Assembly (NCBI GenBank): GCA_045590135.1
Contig: JAZNQK010000035.1
Coordinates: 21,833 to 85,832 of the forward strand
DNA: 64,000 nucleotides
Origin: Faecousia sp.
GTDB lineage: Bacteria; Bacillota; Clostridia; Oscillospirales; Oscillospiraceae
Direction: 5' to 3'
Of this stretch, positions 9,480-19,184 are shown piece after piece. Made by a program: the position numbers and the translations under genes. The notes under the pieces are model-generated. The model did no database searches. It was not told the origin of the DNA and saw only the letters and a program-made list of their open reading frames with translations. Each line of letters opens with the position of its first letter. Position 1 is the first letter of the stretch.

Positions 9480-9638
9480 ATGAATAATCAGAATCAGCAG
9501 AACAAGAATCAGAATAATCAGAATAATCAGAACAATCAGAACAATCAGTACAACCAGAACAACCAGAACAACCAGAACAAGAACCAGCAGAACAATCAGA
9601 ATAATCAAAACCAGAACAGCAGACAGAATCAGCGCTAA
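9480..9638 (+). CDS. 52-aa Asn/Gln-rich small protein (not in ORF track)
   Basis: GGAGG 9467-9471, ATG 9480, TAA 9636-9638; MNNQNQQNKNQNNQNNQNNQNNQYNQNNQNNQNKNQQNNQNNQNQNSRQNQR; synonymous AAT/AAC variation; terminator follows. Confidence 0.8.
   Translation: MNNQNQQNKNQNNQNNQNNQNNQYNQNNQNNQNKNQQNNQNNQNQNSRQNQR
9483..9632 (+). repeat. Degenerate 9-bp tandem repeat (AAY AAY CAG) encoding NNQ
   Basis: Read directly from the sequence. Confidence 0.9.
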
Positions 9639-9672
9639 AAAAATCGCCGTGGTTGTTACCACGGCGATTTTT
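9639..9672. terminator. Bidirectional terminator between the N/Q peptide and addA
   Basis: AAAAATCGCCGTGGT-TGTT-ACCACGGCGATTTTT. Confidence 0.88.
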
Positions 9673-12600
9673 AATCAAGTGAAACCGTCCGACCAGCAGA
9701 AAAGTAATACAGAAGTTTCCGTTTCACCGGTAATTCGTAAATACGGGAAATCGCGCCGGCATAAGCCTGCACCTGAGGTCGATAACCTTCTGTGACAGAC
9801 TGAATTGTCTGCTCGGTCACCCGGTCAGTCTTAAAGTCAATAACCGTAATACCGTCGTCGTCAATGACAGCACAGTCGATCACGCCTTGCAGCAATATGC
9901 GTTCTCCATGCAATTGAGCAACATAATTTGCTGCATCATCAAGAAGCGTAAACTTGAACTCCCGCAGTACATTTTTTGCTGTTCTCACTTCCCTGCCTAT
10001 ATCAGACAGAAAGAACTCTGCAATTGCATTTGCATCAACTATCTGACCCTGCTCCGGAGAAATATAGCCGGCATCTGTTAAACGGCGGATCTCCCTGTAA
10101 ACATCATCTCTGGAAGAACAATTACTATAGTTGATAAACTGCATAACCGCGTGGATCGCCGTTCCATACATCTTCCCGCTTACGGCATCCGTTACAAATG
10201 CAGGTTCTCTCCACTTGCGTTGGCGCTTTGCTTCAGAAACGGCATTATCTGAGATCTCCTGATCCTTATAGCGTCCTTTCAGCTGTGTTGCAGTTTGCTT
10301 GGAGGGTGTTTTTGTAGCTGCTGCATGCGCATACTCAAACGGCAATGTTCGTTCCAATATTTCCGGAACTCTCTCATCCAGAGAAGCTTGTGATTGTATA
10401 TCCTGCACAGCTGCAGTATCTTCAATAAGCTGACTATGGACCTGGATCAGCCAGGGCAAATTATGTACATCTACCCTATCCGGCCGACCACCGATGGCAA
10501 AGAATGCGCCTGCCTCTACACGGCGTAAAGCTGTCATAAGTACCCATTCTCCGGGACAACTGACATCCATAGCCATAAGCTCTGCTCCCGACATATCCAG
10601 CCGTGCTGAGATATCCTGCAATTCCTTTTGGAGCGATTGGGATGCATATGTCATAATCAGACGGTCCTTTGCCCGGGTCATGGCAACATAAAGAACACGC
10701 ATTTCTTCGGACAGTCCGTCAGAAAGGATCTTTGCGGAAATCGCCCGTTTTGCAACAGAGGGATAACGCACTCTGTTTTGGGTATCCACACAGGAAAGTC
10801 CAAGACCGAGTTTTTTATCACACAGCACATTTTCTGTCGCACTTCTTTTATTAAATGTCCTGGAAAGTCCGCAAAGAAATACCACAGGAAACTCCAAGCC
10901 TTTTGATTTATGGATACTCATGATCCGAACCGCACCGGAGGGTGTGTTATCTGCTGTCGGAGCGATACCGCTTTCATCCATTGCATCCAGATATTCCAAG
11001 AAGCGGACAAGATCATACCCGCAGCTGCGTTCACAATCCCCTGCGATCTGACAAAAGCTCTGAAGATTTTCTACCCTTTGTTCGCCGTCAGGCATTGCAG
11101 CAAAAATACTATCCAATCTTGTTTTTGCGAGTACAAGCTCCAGTAGATGAGATAGTCCGATCAAACGAGCATCTTCTCTGATATTGGCAATCAGCTCAAG
11201 GAAGGATTGTGCCTTATCCGTTTTGCAGGCGGAAACAGCATCATAAATGTTGCCATATTTATCCGCACAACGAATCTCAACAAGTTCGTCTGCAGTAAAG
11301 GAAAACACGCAGCTGCTCAATACAGCGAGAAGTGGGATATCCTGCAAAGGATTGCTTATGACCTGCAGAAGTGAACGCAGAACAATGATCTCCTCTGCTT
11401 GTAGCAGATCCATTGCAGCGTCTGCTGTACAGTTGATTCCTTTTTGCTGCAAGGCATACGCAAATTCGCCGCCGACCGATCCGGGTGAGCGGAGCAGAAT
11501 CACAATATCATCCACTGTAATAGGACGCAGCGTGGCACCGTCGCGAACAAAATGCTTTCCGTCCAAAAGCTGGCAGATACGCTCTGCGGTAAACGCCGCT
11601 TCTTCTGCATATGTGTCCTCCTCCACCTCGATACCGTGCAGCTCTATTTCAGGTTCGTCTATTCGAATATGCTCGATCCCCTCATTTAACGCTTCGTCAT
11701 CTCCATATTTAAGCCCGCCGGTCTGTTCGGACATACAGGTACGAAACACATCGTTAACCGCCTCAATCACAGCGGTGGCAGATCGGAAATTGCTGCTGAG
11801 CATCACTTTTCGTCCCTGACCCGGCTCGGCGTTTCCGGCGTTTTCATAATGATTGTATTTGTTAAGGAAGATCGTGGGGTCTGCTAAACGAAACTCATAT
11901 ATAGACTGCTTTACATCTCCCACCATAAAGCAATTCTGCCGTTTCATGGTCAAAGCGGAGAATATCGTGTCCTGAACCTCATTGGAATCCTGATACTCAT
12001 CCACCATAACCTCGCGAAAGCGCTGACCGATCTCTGCTGCCAGAGCTGTAGGTCCACCCCTGCGTTTACCCGTAAGAAGGTCCAATGCTTTATGCTCTAA
12101 ATCACCAAAATCAAGCACTCTACGACTTTTTTTGAGTCTTTCATATTCTGAAGCAAAAGCACGCACAAGATGCACCAATCCTCTTGTGGCAGATGCAGTC
12201 ATCTCCATATCCCGCAGGATCTGGAAGCTATCATCCGTAAAGGCACGCAGTTTCTTTTCCAGTCCATCCTTGCAGGCTGCACGAACAGCCTTGATCTTAT
12301 CTGCCAGCTGATTGTCCGAACATTTCCTGGGAAATGTAAGTCTGCCGTAGTCGATAGCCGCATTGTTTATCACATCGTCCCAGCGCATGCTGTCGCGCAA
12401 CCGTTCAAGCTGAAGGATCGTATCATAAAGCAGCGCCGCCGGTTTTTCAAAACCGTCGGTGCGTATTGCACTGTCGGCACAGCCGCGAAGCGCATTGATG
12501 TGATACTGCACATATACAGCAAGCTGATCCATCAAATATTTGCCCCAGACTGTCTGTCCTGCATCGTCAAGATCCTCAGTTTGACAAATTTGTAAGCACC

Positions 12601-13186
12601 AGTCAAGCCAGCTGTCAGGACTTAAATGACATCGTGCTCTGTCGTACACTTTGAGAAGGATCTCCGGAACCTGCCGATCGTCTCTGCCTATGCCCTGTGT
12701 GTCCACAAAGGTTACAAAATCCTTGTCTGTCAACAGATTCTCATAAGCAGACTCCAAAACCTTTTCCACAGCCTTCAGTTTTAGCTCCAATGCTTCCCGC
12801 TCGTCCGCAACCCGAAAATCAGAGGGCACATCCAACGCGTATGAAAACTCCCGTATCAGGTCCGTACAATATGCGTGAACAGTAGATATCTTCGTTAGAT
12901 AAAGCTTCTGAAGCTGACGCTGTAAATGCCTGTTTTCAGGGCATTGAGCAATTTTCTCGGACAGCTTGGATGCGATCTTTGCCCGCAGCTCAGCTGCGGC
13001 TGCCTTTGTATATGTGATAATCAAAAATTCATCCATATTCGCAGGATCAACGGGATCTAAAATATAGGATAGGAGCCTATCCACAAGCACTTTTGTTTTG
13101 CCGGATCCTGCAGCAGCTGAAACCAACAGCTTACCGCCGCGGTTATATACTGCCTCTTCCTGTTGAGGAGTCAGTTTTTCAGCCAT
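9671..13186 (-). CDS. addA: ATP-dependent helicase/nuclease subunit A
   Basis: AAAGSGKT, VDEYQD, VGDVKQSIY, SIHKSKGLEF, YVAMTRAK, C-terminal nuclease GVID...IDFKT. Confidence 0.96.
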   Translation of the reverse strand: MAEKLTPQQEEAVYNRGGKLLVSAAAGSGKTKVLVDRLLSYILDPVDPANMDEFLIITYTKAAAAELRAKIASKLSEKIAQCPENRHLQRQLQKLYLTKISTVHAYCTDLIREFSYALDVPSDFRVADEREALELKLKAVEKVLESAYENLLTDKDFVTFVDTQGIGRDDRQVPEILLKVYDRARCHLSPDSWLDWCLQICQTEDLDDAGQTVWGKYLMDQLAVYVQYHINALRGCADSAIRTDGFEKPAALLYDTILQLERLRDSMRWDDVINNAAIDYGRLTFPRKCSDNQLADKIKAVRAACKDGLEKKLRAFTDDSFQILRDMEMTASATRGLVHLVRAFASEYERLKKSRRVLDFGDLEHKALDLLTGKRRGGPTALAAEIGQRFREVMVDEYQDSNEVQDTIFSALTMKRQNCFMVGDVKQSIYEFRLADPTIFLNKYNHYENAGNAEPGQGRKVMLSSNFRSATAVIEAVNDVFRTCMSEQTGGLKYGDDEALNEGIEHIRIDEPEIELHGIEVEEDTYAEEAAFTAERICQLLDGKHFVRDGATLRPITVDDIVILLRSPGSVGGEFAYALQQKGINCTADAAMDLLQAEEIIVLRSLLQVISNPLQDIPLLAVLSSCVFSFTADELVEIRCADKYGNIYDAVSACKTDKAQSFLELIANIREDARLIGLSHLLELVLAKTRLDSIFAAMPDGEQRVENLQSFCQIAGDCERSCGYDLVRFLEYLDAMDESGIAPTADNTPSGAVRIMSIHKSKGLEFPVVFLCGLSRTFNKRSATENVLCDKKLGLGLSCVDTQNRVRYPSVAKRAISAKILSDGLSEEMRVLYVAMTRAKDRLIMTYASQSLQKELQDISARLDMSGAELMAMDVSCPGEWVLMTALRRVEAGAFFAIGGRPDRVDVHNLPWLIQVHSQLIEDTAAVQDIQSQASLDERVPEILERTLPFEYAHAAATKTPSKQTATQLKGRYKDQEISDNAVSEAKRQRKWREPAFVTDAVSGKMYGTAIHAVMQFINYSNCSSRDDVYREIRRLTDAGYISPEQGQIVDANAIAEFFLSDIGREVRTAKNVLREFKFTLLDDAANYVAQLHGERILLQGVIDCAVIDDDGITVIDFKTDRVTEQTIQSVTEGYRPQVQAYAGAISRIYELPVKRKLLYYFSAGRTVSLD

Positions 13187-16100
13187 TGGAATTCAACTCC
13201 TTTCCAATCTCCTCCCAAAAGCGGGACGGTGTCATTGCTGCAAAATCTCTTCTGCCCGGTACATACTGAGGATGGCATACAGCACCATACGGACAGTATG
13301 TACATGGATTATGTTTGGAGCCTCTGGTATAGGGGTTGGCCTCAATTGACCCGGATGCGATGGAGTCCACCATTTCACCCAGGATCTTAAACACATAGTC
13401 CTTTAGCATTGCAAACTGCTCACGATTTGCAATATCGCCGGATTTTGTTCCGTCTTTCTTAACAGATACAGATAAACGCTTTGGTTTTTCTGCCGGCTCC
13501 ATTGCCCACAAAACATCATCATCAGCAAGAAGCAGACCTTTGCGTTTCCACGCCTTTTCTCTGGCGGCATCCGCCTCATCCGAAGATAAAATGCCATCAG
13601 CTGCCACAAATGGCACCCGTGCCGGGAAATACTGTACACCGGCTGGCAAAGGATGTTCGCCAAGCAACACACTGCCTTCATCCTGCAGCGCAAATAAATA
13701 AAGCAGCATCTGCAAGCCAAGGCCGTTGAACACATCGCAATAGTCAAAATCCTTTTTGCCGGTCTTATAGTCAACAACGCGGAAATAATTCCTGCCTTCT
13801 TCCTGCCAGGCGTCGATCCTGTCAACAAAGCCACGAAGCTGTGCAGTCATCGCGTGTCCCGTAATAGGAATGGCACCCATCTGACAATCGTCACCAAAAG
13901 CAACTTCAAAACCAACGGGCACAAATTTGCTTTCATGCAGTTCATTCCAAAGCTCCCGGACAAGCACCGCCAGCTCCTGGGCGTTTCTGCTAAATAAATA
14001 GGAAAGCCGTTGTGTCTCCAGCTGGGAAAAATGCTCCTGTGCATATTGCTTGGAAAATGCATCCGCGATTTCCAAGGCTTTTTCAAGTGAAACCGCATCA
14101 AAGCCTCCCTGCACCATAATATCGCGCACTGTATTTTCAAGGACCCAATGGACATAGGTGCCAAACTCCGCAGGATCGATGCTTGCCTGCTTACGCTCCT
14201 TTGCACGAAGGCCGTATTTCAGGAAATAAGACAGTCTGCAGTCTGCAAAACGGTCGATCTGAGAGGCGGATAAATTCAGTGTGCTGCCATACATCCGCTT
14301 AATATTGGAAGGGTCAACATCGCCCAATTTATGGTTTTTCTTATGCTGCACGCTGTCAAAATGTTCACTCAGCTGTAATTCTCGCGCAGTTTCCTGTGCA
14401 TCAAATCTTGCAAGATATGCGCCCGCATCAAGGGGGTCTGTTAAAGCAGCACCCAAATACAGATCGATCTGTTGTTCTCCGCCTGCCATCTGTGCGAGCC
14501 TTCGGTAAATAAAAGACGGCTGACCGGCGGGGCATGATACGGTGATGGTCTCCTGTGCACCGCAAAACACGCCGTATATCTGACTGAATTCAGACTGAAG
14601 AATATCCATAGAACCGCCAAGCACCGGCAGTCCAAGCTTTCGAAGCTCGACTCTCTCCTGATCGGAAAGAACACTTGCGCTGGCGCCATAGGTGGGTAAT
14701 GAGCCTTCCAGCGCTCCTAAAACGATCAGATGCTTTGTTTCCTGACAGCGCATAGCTTTGACTGTGCCAATGCTTACAGCGTCCAGTACTGCCGGAATCG
14801 TACCAACATCGTACTGACTCAGCAGCAGCTTGAGCAGTTGGGCAAAGGACTCACTATCCCAGGAAGTTTCACCCAAAACATCATACATCTGCTCCAATGC
14901 AAGAAGCAGAATATCCCAAAGCTGGTCAAGGATCTGCACATTGGTGTGATCACCCTTTGCCTCGTACGCTGCAGAAAGATCATCTAAATGCTTTGCAAAA
15001 GATATTTCTTTCAGGAAATGGTAAAGCCCTATGACCTGCTGGCGCAAATTAACACTGTCAGCAAACGCTTGACGCAAATGCTGCAGGGGTAGGATGCCCA
15101 CAGCACGGGCAGCATTCAGTTCCTCCAGCTGTTGTGTGGATGCATTTGTCCACTTTCCGTTTAAGCCATCCGGGTGAAAGGTCCAGTCCGTAAGCCATCT
15201 GCTGCCGGAAATATTCCAAAGATAAACATAATTTTCAAGGCGGTCATAAGTATCTGCTGATAAGGGAGAAAGTGCCGCGCGAAGATAGCGCAGAACATCC
15301 TTTTGATCAAATCCTCCAAGCGCAGCATCCAGCGCCGCAAGAACAGTTGCGATAGCCGGTTTATCCAAAATATTATCGGTACCGGACAGATAAAACGGTA
15401 TCCCACAGCGATGAAAACTCATCTCAAGAATACTCGTGTATGCATCCTGCTCTGCGCAAACTACACCGATATCTCTGTATCTTACACCAGTGTGGAGCAA
15501 CTTAACAATCTGCTGCGCAGCAGCAACACATTCCTGATAAACGCTGCCGGTACGGTAAACCTTCAGCCGGTCCGCTTGGCAGATATTCTCCGCGCCTCCG
15601 GAAAGCAAACGCTCTTTCACCGCAGACAGTTCAGATCTTGCTGCAGGAATATTATGCAATTCAAATGCAACGCCATGTCGCTTTGCGCAACTGATCAGAT
15701 CCGAAGCAGTTGCACCGGGTATCTCAAAGCCGGGTGTATCTGTTCCGGGTCTGTCACAATTCAGGCTGATAACAACATTCGGACAAACGCGGATCAGGTA
15801 CTCCAATATTGCCATATGCTGTCTTGTAAAATCAGGAAACGCATCAATATAGAAGGTATGCTCCTCACCAAAGGTGCTGTCCTCCAGCTGCTCTAAAAGC
15901 CAGGTCATCTGATCTCTCGGATCGCGTTTTCCCCGATGACAGATCATATCATAGGTCTGCAGCAGTAAAGAAAGCTCTTCCAGCTTTTGTGCAAGACTTC
16001 CGGTCGTGTTCTTTGATGCGGTCATCAGATCCTCACCGGAAATACAGCAGCGCTTAAATTCGTCTACTGCATCCACGAGACTGATGAGAAATTCCGGCTT

Positions 16101-16436
16101 TGTTTCAACAGAGGCATAAGCCTTTAGCTTACTGTGCAGCTGTCGTGCCGCCGATGCCATCGCAACGATGCGTCCACCGTTATCCATACAGGAGATCGCA
16201 CCGTGACCGGCCGCATCGGCCACACGGCTTGCCAGGCGGGTAAAGGTCAGCACTTCGGCATAACGGCTTGCGGTATCCCCTGCCAACTGACAAAGCCTTT
16301 TTTCAGCATCATGACTTGTCAGCTCCGGCACCATCAAAATGCGGTTTCCGCGTCTATTGGAAATATCATCGCATATTCTATGAAAAATAGCATCGCGGTT
16401 TGCTACCCAGTCTGTGCCATAAAGGATCTCAAGCAT
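13179..16436 (-). CDS. addB: ATP-dependent helicase/nuclease subunit B
   Basis: LSASQID..ADC, GFVDRID, VDYKTG, LQMLLY, Fe-S cysteines CTYCPYGAVC; coupled to addA. Confidence 0.92.
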   Translation of the reverse strand: MLEILYGTDWVANRDAIFHRICDDISNRRGNRILMVPELTSHDAEKRLCQLAGDTASRYAEVLTFTRLASRVADAAGHGAISCMDNGGRIVAMASAARQLHSKLKAYASVETKPEFLISLVDAVDEFKRCCISGEDLMTASKNTTGSLAQKLEELSLLLQTYDMICHRGKRDPRDQMTWLLEQLEDSTFGEEHTFYIDAFPDFTRQHMAILEYLIRVCPNVVISLNCDRPGTDTPGFEIPGATASDLISCAKRHGVAFELHNIPAARSELSAVKERLLSGGAENICQADRLKVYRTGSVYQECVAAAQQIVKLLHTGVRYRDIGVVCAEQDAYTSILEMSFHRCGIPFYLSGTDNILDKPAIATVLAALDAALGGFDQKDVLRYLRAALSPLSADTYDRLENYVYLWNISGSRWLTDWTFHPDGLNGKWTNASTQQLEELNAARAVGILPLQHLRQAFADSVNLRQQVIGLYHFLKEISFAKHLDDLSAAYEAKGDHTNVQILDQLWDILLLALEQMYDVLGETSWDSESFAQLLKLLLSQYDVGTIPAVLDAVSIGTVKAMRCQETKHLIVLGALEGSLPTYGASASVLSDQERVELRKLGLPVLGGSMDILQSEFSQIYGVFCGAQETITVSCPAGQPSFIYRRLAQMAGGEQQIDLYLGAALTDPLDAGAYLARFDAQETARELQLSEHFDSVQHKKNHKLGDVDPSNIKRMYGSTLNLSASQIDRFADCRLSYFLKYGLRAKERKQASIDPAEFGTYVHWVLENTVRDIMVQGGFDAVSLEKALEIADAFSKQYAQEHFSQLETQRLSYLFSRNAQELAVLVRELWNELHESKFVPVGFEVAFGDDCQMGAIPITGHAMTAQLRGFVDRIDAWQEEGRNYFRVVDYKTGKKDFDYCDVFNGLGLQMLLYLFALQDEGSVLLGEHPLPAGVQYFPARVPFVAADGILSSDEADAAREKAWKRKGLLLADDDVLWAMEPAEKPKRLSVSVKKDGTKSGDIANREQFAMLKDYVFKILGEMVDSIASGSIEANPYTRGSKHNPCTYCPYGAVCHPQYVPGRRDFAAMTPSRFWEEIGKELNSNG

Positions 16437-16478
16437 TCACATCGCCTCCCGGTCCATACAATATCATATAAAAAGTCC

Positions 16479-16515
16479 AATAAACCGCCCATACTGCCAA
16501 GATGGTATGGGCGGT
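16479..16515 (-). terminator. Terminator after ispE
   Basis: ACCGCCCATAC/GTATGGGCGGT stem followed by a T-rich run on the minus strand. Confidence 0.6.
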
Positions 16516-16523
16516 ATTACAGA

Positions 16524-17381
16524 TCACACAGGCTTCGCAATATACACCTGTTGATAATTATCCTTGAGCATATTGCAAATCACGGCAGCGACCTCAAAAT
16601 CAGACACAATTCCAAAGACAGCAGAACCTGAGCCGGTCATCTGATAGCCGATAGCGCCGTAGCTGTTAAAAATTGATTTAATGTAGTTCAACTCTAAATG
16701 ATCCTGGGTTACCACCGGGTCAAACACATTGTAAACATTTTGTGCCACCTTCAGCAGGTCGCCTGCAAGAAGTGCGGACTCCATTGCCTGATGATCCGGG
16801 TGCTTTGCGATCTCATTTTCGTCCAATTTGCGGTAAAGTTCCGGGGTGGATGCGGAAAAATCCGGCTTGCACACTACAAATACACAGTCCGGCATATCCG
16901 GCAACTTACGCAGGCGTTCGCCGCGCCCTTCTGCCATTGCAGTTCCGCAAAGCGTGCAAAAAGGCACATCGCTGCCGATGCTGCCGCCCAGCTCTGCAAG
17001 AGCAAGCACAGAGAAAGGATGGCCGTAATGCTTATTCAGTGCGCGAAGCACAGCACCGGCATCTGCACTGCCGCCACCGAGACCTGCCTGTGCAGGAATA
17101 CGCTTGGTGATGCGGATAGTAATGCCGTTGGGGTCAATCTTAGCTGCATCGCAGAATACCTTTGCTGCCCGCCAGGCAAGATTGGTCTCATCACATGGTA
17201 TTCCCTCTTCCGAGCAAAACAGTTCCCAATCCCGTCCGGTATCCACATCGATCTCAATGTCATCCCGAATAGAAATCGTCTGCATAACGCTTTTTACATC
17301 GTGATAACCGTCAGCTCTTTTTCCAAGTACATCCAGCGTTAAATTCACTTTTGCAAAAGCGCCCTCATACAGTGTTACCAT
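16524..17381 (-). CDS. ispE: 4-diphosphocytidyl-2-C-methyl-D-erythritol kinase
   Basis: AKVNLTLDV, DGYH, KRIPAQAGLGGGSADA, GSDVPF, MTGSGSAVF. Confidence 0.95.
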   Translation of the reverse strand: MVTLYEGAFAKVNLTLDVLGKRADGYHDVKSVMQTISIRDDIEIDVDTGRDWELFCSEEGIPCDETNLAWRAAKVFCDAAKIDPNGITIRITKRIPAQAGLGGGSADAGAVLRALNKHYGHPFSVLALAELGGSIGSDVPFCTLCGTAMAEGRGERLRKLPDMPDCVFVVCKPDFSASTPELYRKLDENEIAKHPDHQAMESALLAGDLLKVAQNVYNVFDPVVTQDHLELNYIKSIFNSYGAIGYQMTGSGSAVFGIVSDFEVAAVICNMLKDNYQQVYIAKPV

Positions 17382-17462
17382 ACATTGACCTCACTTTTGT
17401 GTATTTTCTACATTATAACGATTTTCAGCAGTTTTTGCAATCATATAATCCGTAATCAGCGT

Positions 17463-17492
17463 GAATAATTTTTTCTGAGTTGGGTAATATTA
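17463..17492 (+). promoter_or_regulatory. SigF/SigG-like forespore promoter of the DUF378 gene
   Basis: GAATA-N15-GGTAATATTA. Confidence 0.5.
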
Positions 17493-17521
17493 GAAATGTC
17501 AGAAAAATTAAGGAGGCAGTT

Positions 17522-17728
17522 ATGTTTGACACGATTGCATTGATCTTATCCATCATCGGCTCTTTGAACTGGGGCCTGGTCGGTTTGTTTCAGTTTGATC
17601 TGGTCGCATGGTTATTTGGCGGACAGAGCGCTGTATTCAGCCGCGTAATCTACACACTTGTCGGACTTGCCGGTTTGTGGTGCATTACCCTGCTTTTCCG
17701 CAGATGGCGCGACGGTATCGATGGATAG
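17522..17728 (+). CDS. DUF378 (YuzA-like) small membrane protein
   Basis: IIGSLNWGLVGLFQFDLVAWLFGG...RVIYTLVGLAG; AAGGAGG RBS. Confidence 0.9.
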   Translation: MFDTIALILSIIGSLNWGLVGLFQFDLVAWLFGGQSAVFSRVIYTLVGLAGLWCITLLFRRWRDGIDG

Positions 17729-17760
17729 AAAAAGGCAGCACCTTTGGGTGCTGCCTTTTT
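17729..17760. terminator. Bidirectional terminator
   Basis: AAAAAGGCAGCACC-TTTG-GGTGCTGCCTTTTT. Confidence 0.88.
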
Positions 17761-17763
17761 CTA

Positions 17764-19035
17764 TTACTGTACACGAACAATACAGCTGTATGTGTATCCG
17801 TTGTAGGTTGTATAAACCTTTGCCGTTCCGCGGGAAGCAGCCTTTATAATACTTCCGTTGATCGTGCAATAAGGTTCATCACATCTCCAGGTGACAGTTG
17901 TAACAGGGAGATCATTTGCATCCTTCAGCATAATGACAAAGGATTTTTGCGATTCCGTACCATCCAGTTTCAGGGTAACATCGGAATGACTGATAATACA
18001 ATCCGGTGTGCCGGTAGAGGTCGGTTCGTCCGGCTCAGGCTGTACGGAATCAACCTTAAACTTACAGTGAACAGCACAGCTGATTTTTGTTCCGTTATAT
18101 TCGCCGTAGATGATCGTATCTCCGGGGCCTACCGCCTCAACCACACCGTCTTTGACAGTAACAACCTTTTCGTTTTTGGAACTCCAGGTAATGGTCTTGG
18201 GATCCAGCTCACCGCTGTAAACATTCCAGGAATCACCTACAAAGAACAAAGAAAAGTCCTCGCGGTTCAGCTCAAATACCTCTTCCGGCTCCGTAGTCGG
18301 TTCTGTTGTTTCCTCAGTCGGTGTAGTTTCTTCAGAAATGCTGCAGATGACCTCGCAAACAACCTCAGCATCACCGCAAACAATACGAATCTCGGCAGTT
18401 CCGTCAGCGACGGCTGTTAAAAGACCGTCAGCGGATACCGTTACAACAGACGGATCACTGCTTTCAAAGTACAATTCATCCGTTGTATCCGCAGGCAGCA
18501 TCTGAACATCCAGCTGCATAGATGCATCCACTGAGTCAAACCGGACCTGCGTTACCTCAAGAAGCAGTTCCTCGCAGGGGATCTCCAATTGGGTTGGCTC
18601 TGAAGTGGTTTCATCAGCAGCTGTAGTCTGCGCAGCAGTGGTCTGATCAACAGGATCCCGGTCGTTCGTGTTTGCAGGCACGAAGAAATGTACGACAATA
18701 TAGATCACCACAGCAATGATCGCCAGCAGAAGCACAGCAACTGTGATCAACAGACCAACATCCTTCTTGGAGGTCTTCTCCGGCTCATCCGTATGCATTT
18801 GATCGCCGTCTGCAACACCGTTATGTGCTGTGCGCATTCTTTTTTTTACATTTGATTTGGAGAAACGACCGCCCTTAACATATGTATAGCCGGTGGATTC
18901 TGCAACACCGGACTGATTGGCAGGCTCCCCTTCAACCGTATGCACATCACCGGGTCGAACACAACCGCAAATGGGACATTGCGTTGCGGTTTCAGGATAA
19001 GATGTTCCGCAAACATCACAAATTATTTTATTCAT
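17764..19035 (-). CDS. Single-pass membrane protein: N-terminal zinc ribbon, TM helix, extracellular Ig-like (Big_2-type) repeats
   Basis: AGGAGG RBS, ATG 19035; CDVC...CPIC; TM VGLLITVAVLLLAIIAVVIYIVV; SSDPSVVTVSADG and WSSKNEKVVTVKDG repeats with Thr/Glu/Pro linkers. Confidence 0.8.
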   Translation of the reverse strand: MNKIICDVCGTSYPETATQCPICGCVRPGDVHTVEGEPANQSGVAESTGYTYVKGGRFSKSNVKKRMRTAHNGVADGDQMHTDEPEKTSKKDVGLLITVAVLLLAIIAVVIYIVVHFFVPANTNDRDPVDQTTAAQTTAADETTSEPTQLEIPCEELLLEVTQVRFDSVDASMQLDVQMLPADTTDELYFESSDPSVVTVSADGLLTAVADGTAEIRIVCGDAEVVCEVICSISEETTPTEETTEPTTEPEEVFELNREDFSLFFVGDSWNVYSGELDPKTITWSSKNEKVVTVKDGVVEAVGPGDTIIYGEYNGTKISCAVHCKFKVDSVQPEPDEPTSTGTPDCIISHSDVTLKLDGTESQKSFVIMLKDANDLPVTTVTWRCDEPYCTINGSIIKAASRGTAKVYTTYNGYTYSCIVRVQ

Positions 19036-19084
19036 TATAGACCTCCTGTTGAGCACAGCGGCAAGCGCCGCAGGATTCGAATAG

Positions 19085-19153
19085 ATTATATCACTTCTTG
19101 GAGAATAAAACAACCATAAACCTGTTGCTTTTTTTGTAAATTTATTTTATCAT
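19085..19153. promoter_or_regulatory. Back-to-back sigma-A-like promoters
   Basis: Minus: TTGTTT-N17-TATAAT with extended TG; plus: TTGCTT-N17-TATCAT (19125-19153). Confidence 0.5.
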
Positions 19154-19184
19154 ATACAATGAATGATAAAAGGAGGCGATATAT

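Noticed and set aside
9483-9632. CRISPR array or non-coding satellite
   Set aside because: 9-bp degenerate unit with no spacers and no cas genes; explained by codon repeats.
9433-9678. Minus-strand ORFs 9433..9678 (Cys/Ser/Asp-rich) and 9459..9662 (poly-Leu/Ile/Val)
   Set aside because: Antisense shadows of the NNQ repeat. They cross the terminator hairpin and lack a good RBS, whereas the + frame has RBS, ATG, stop and synonymous variation.
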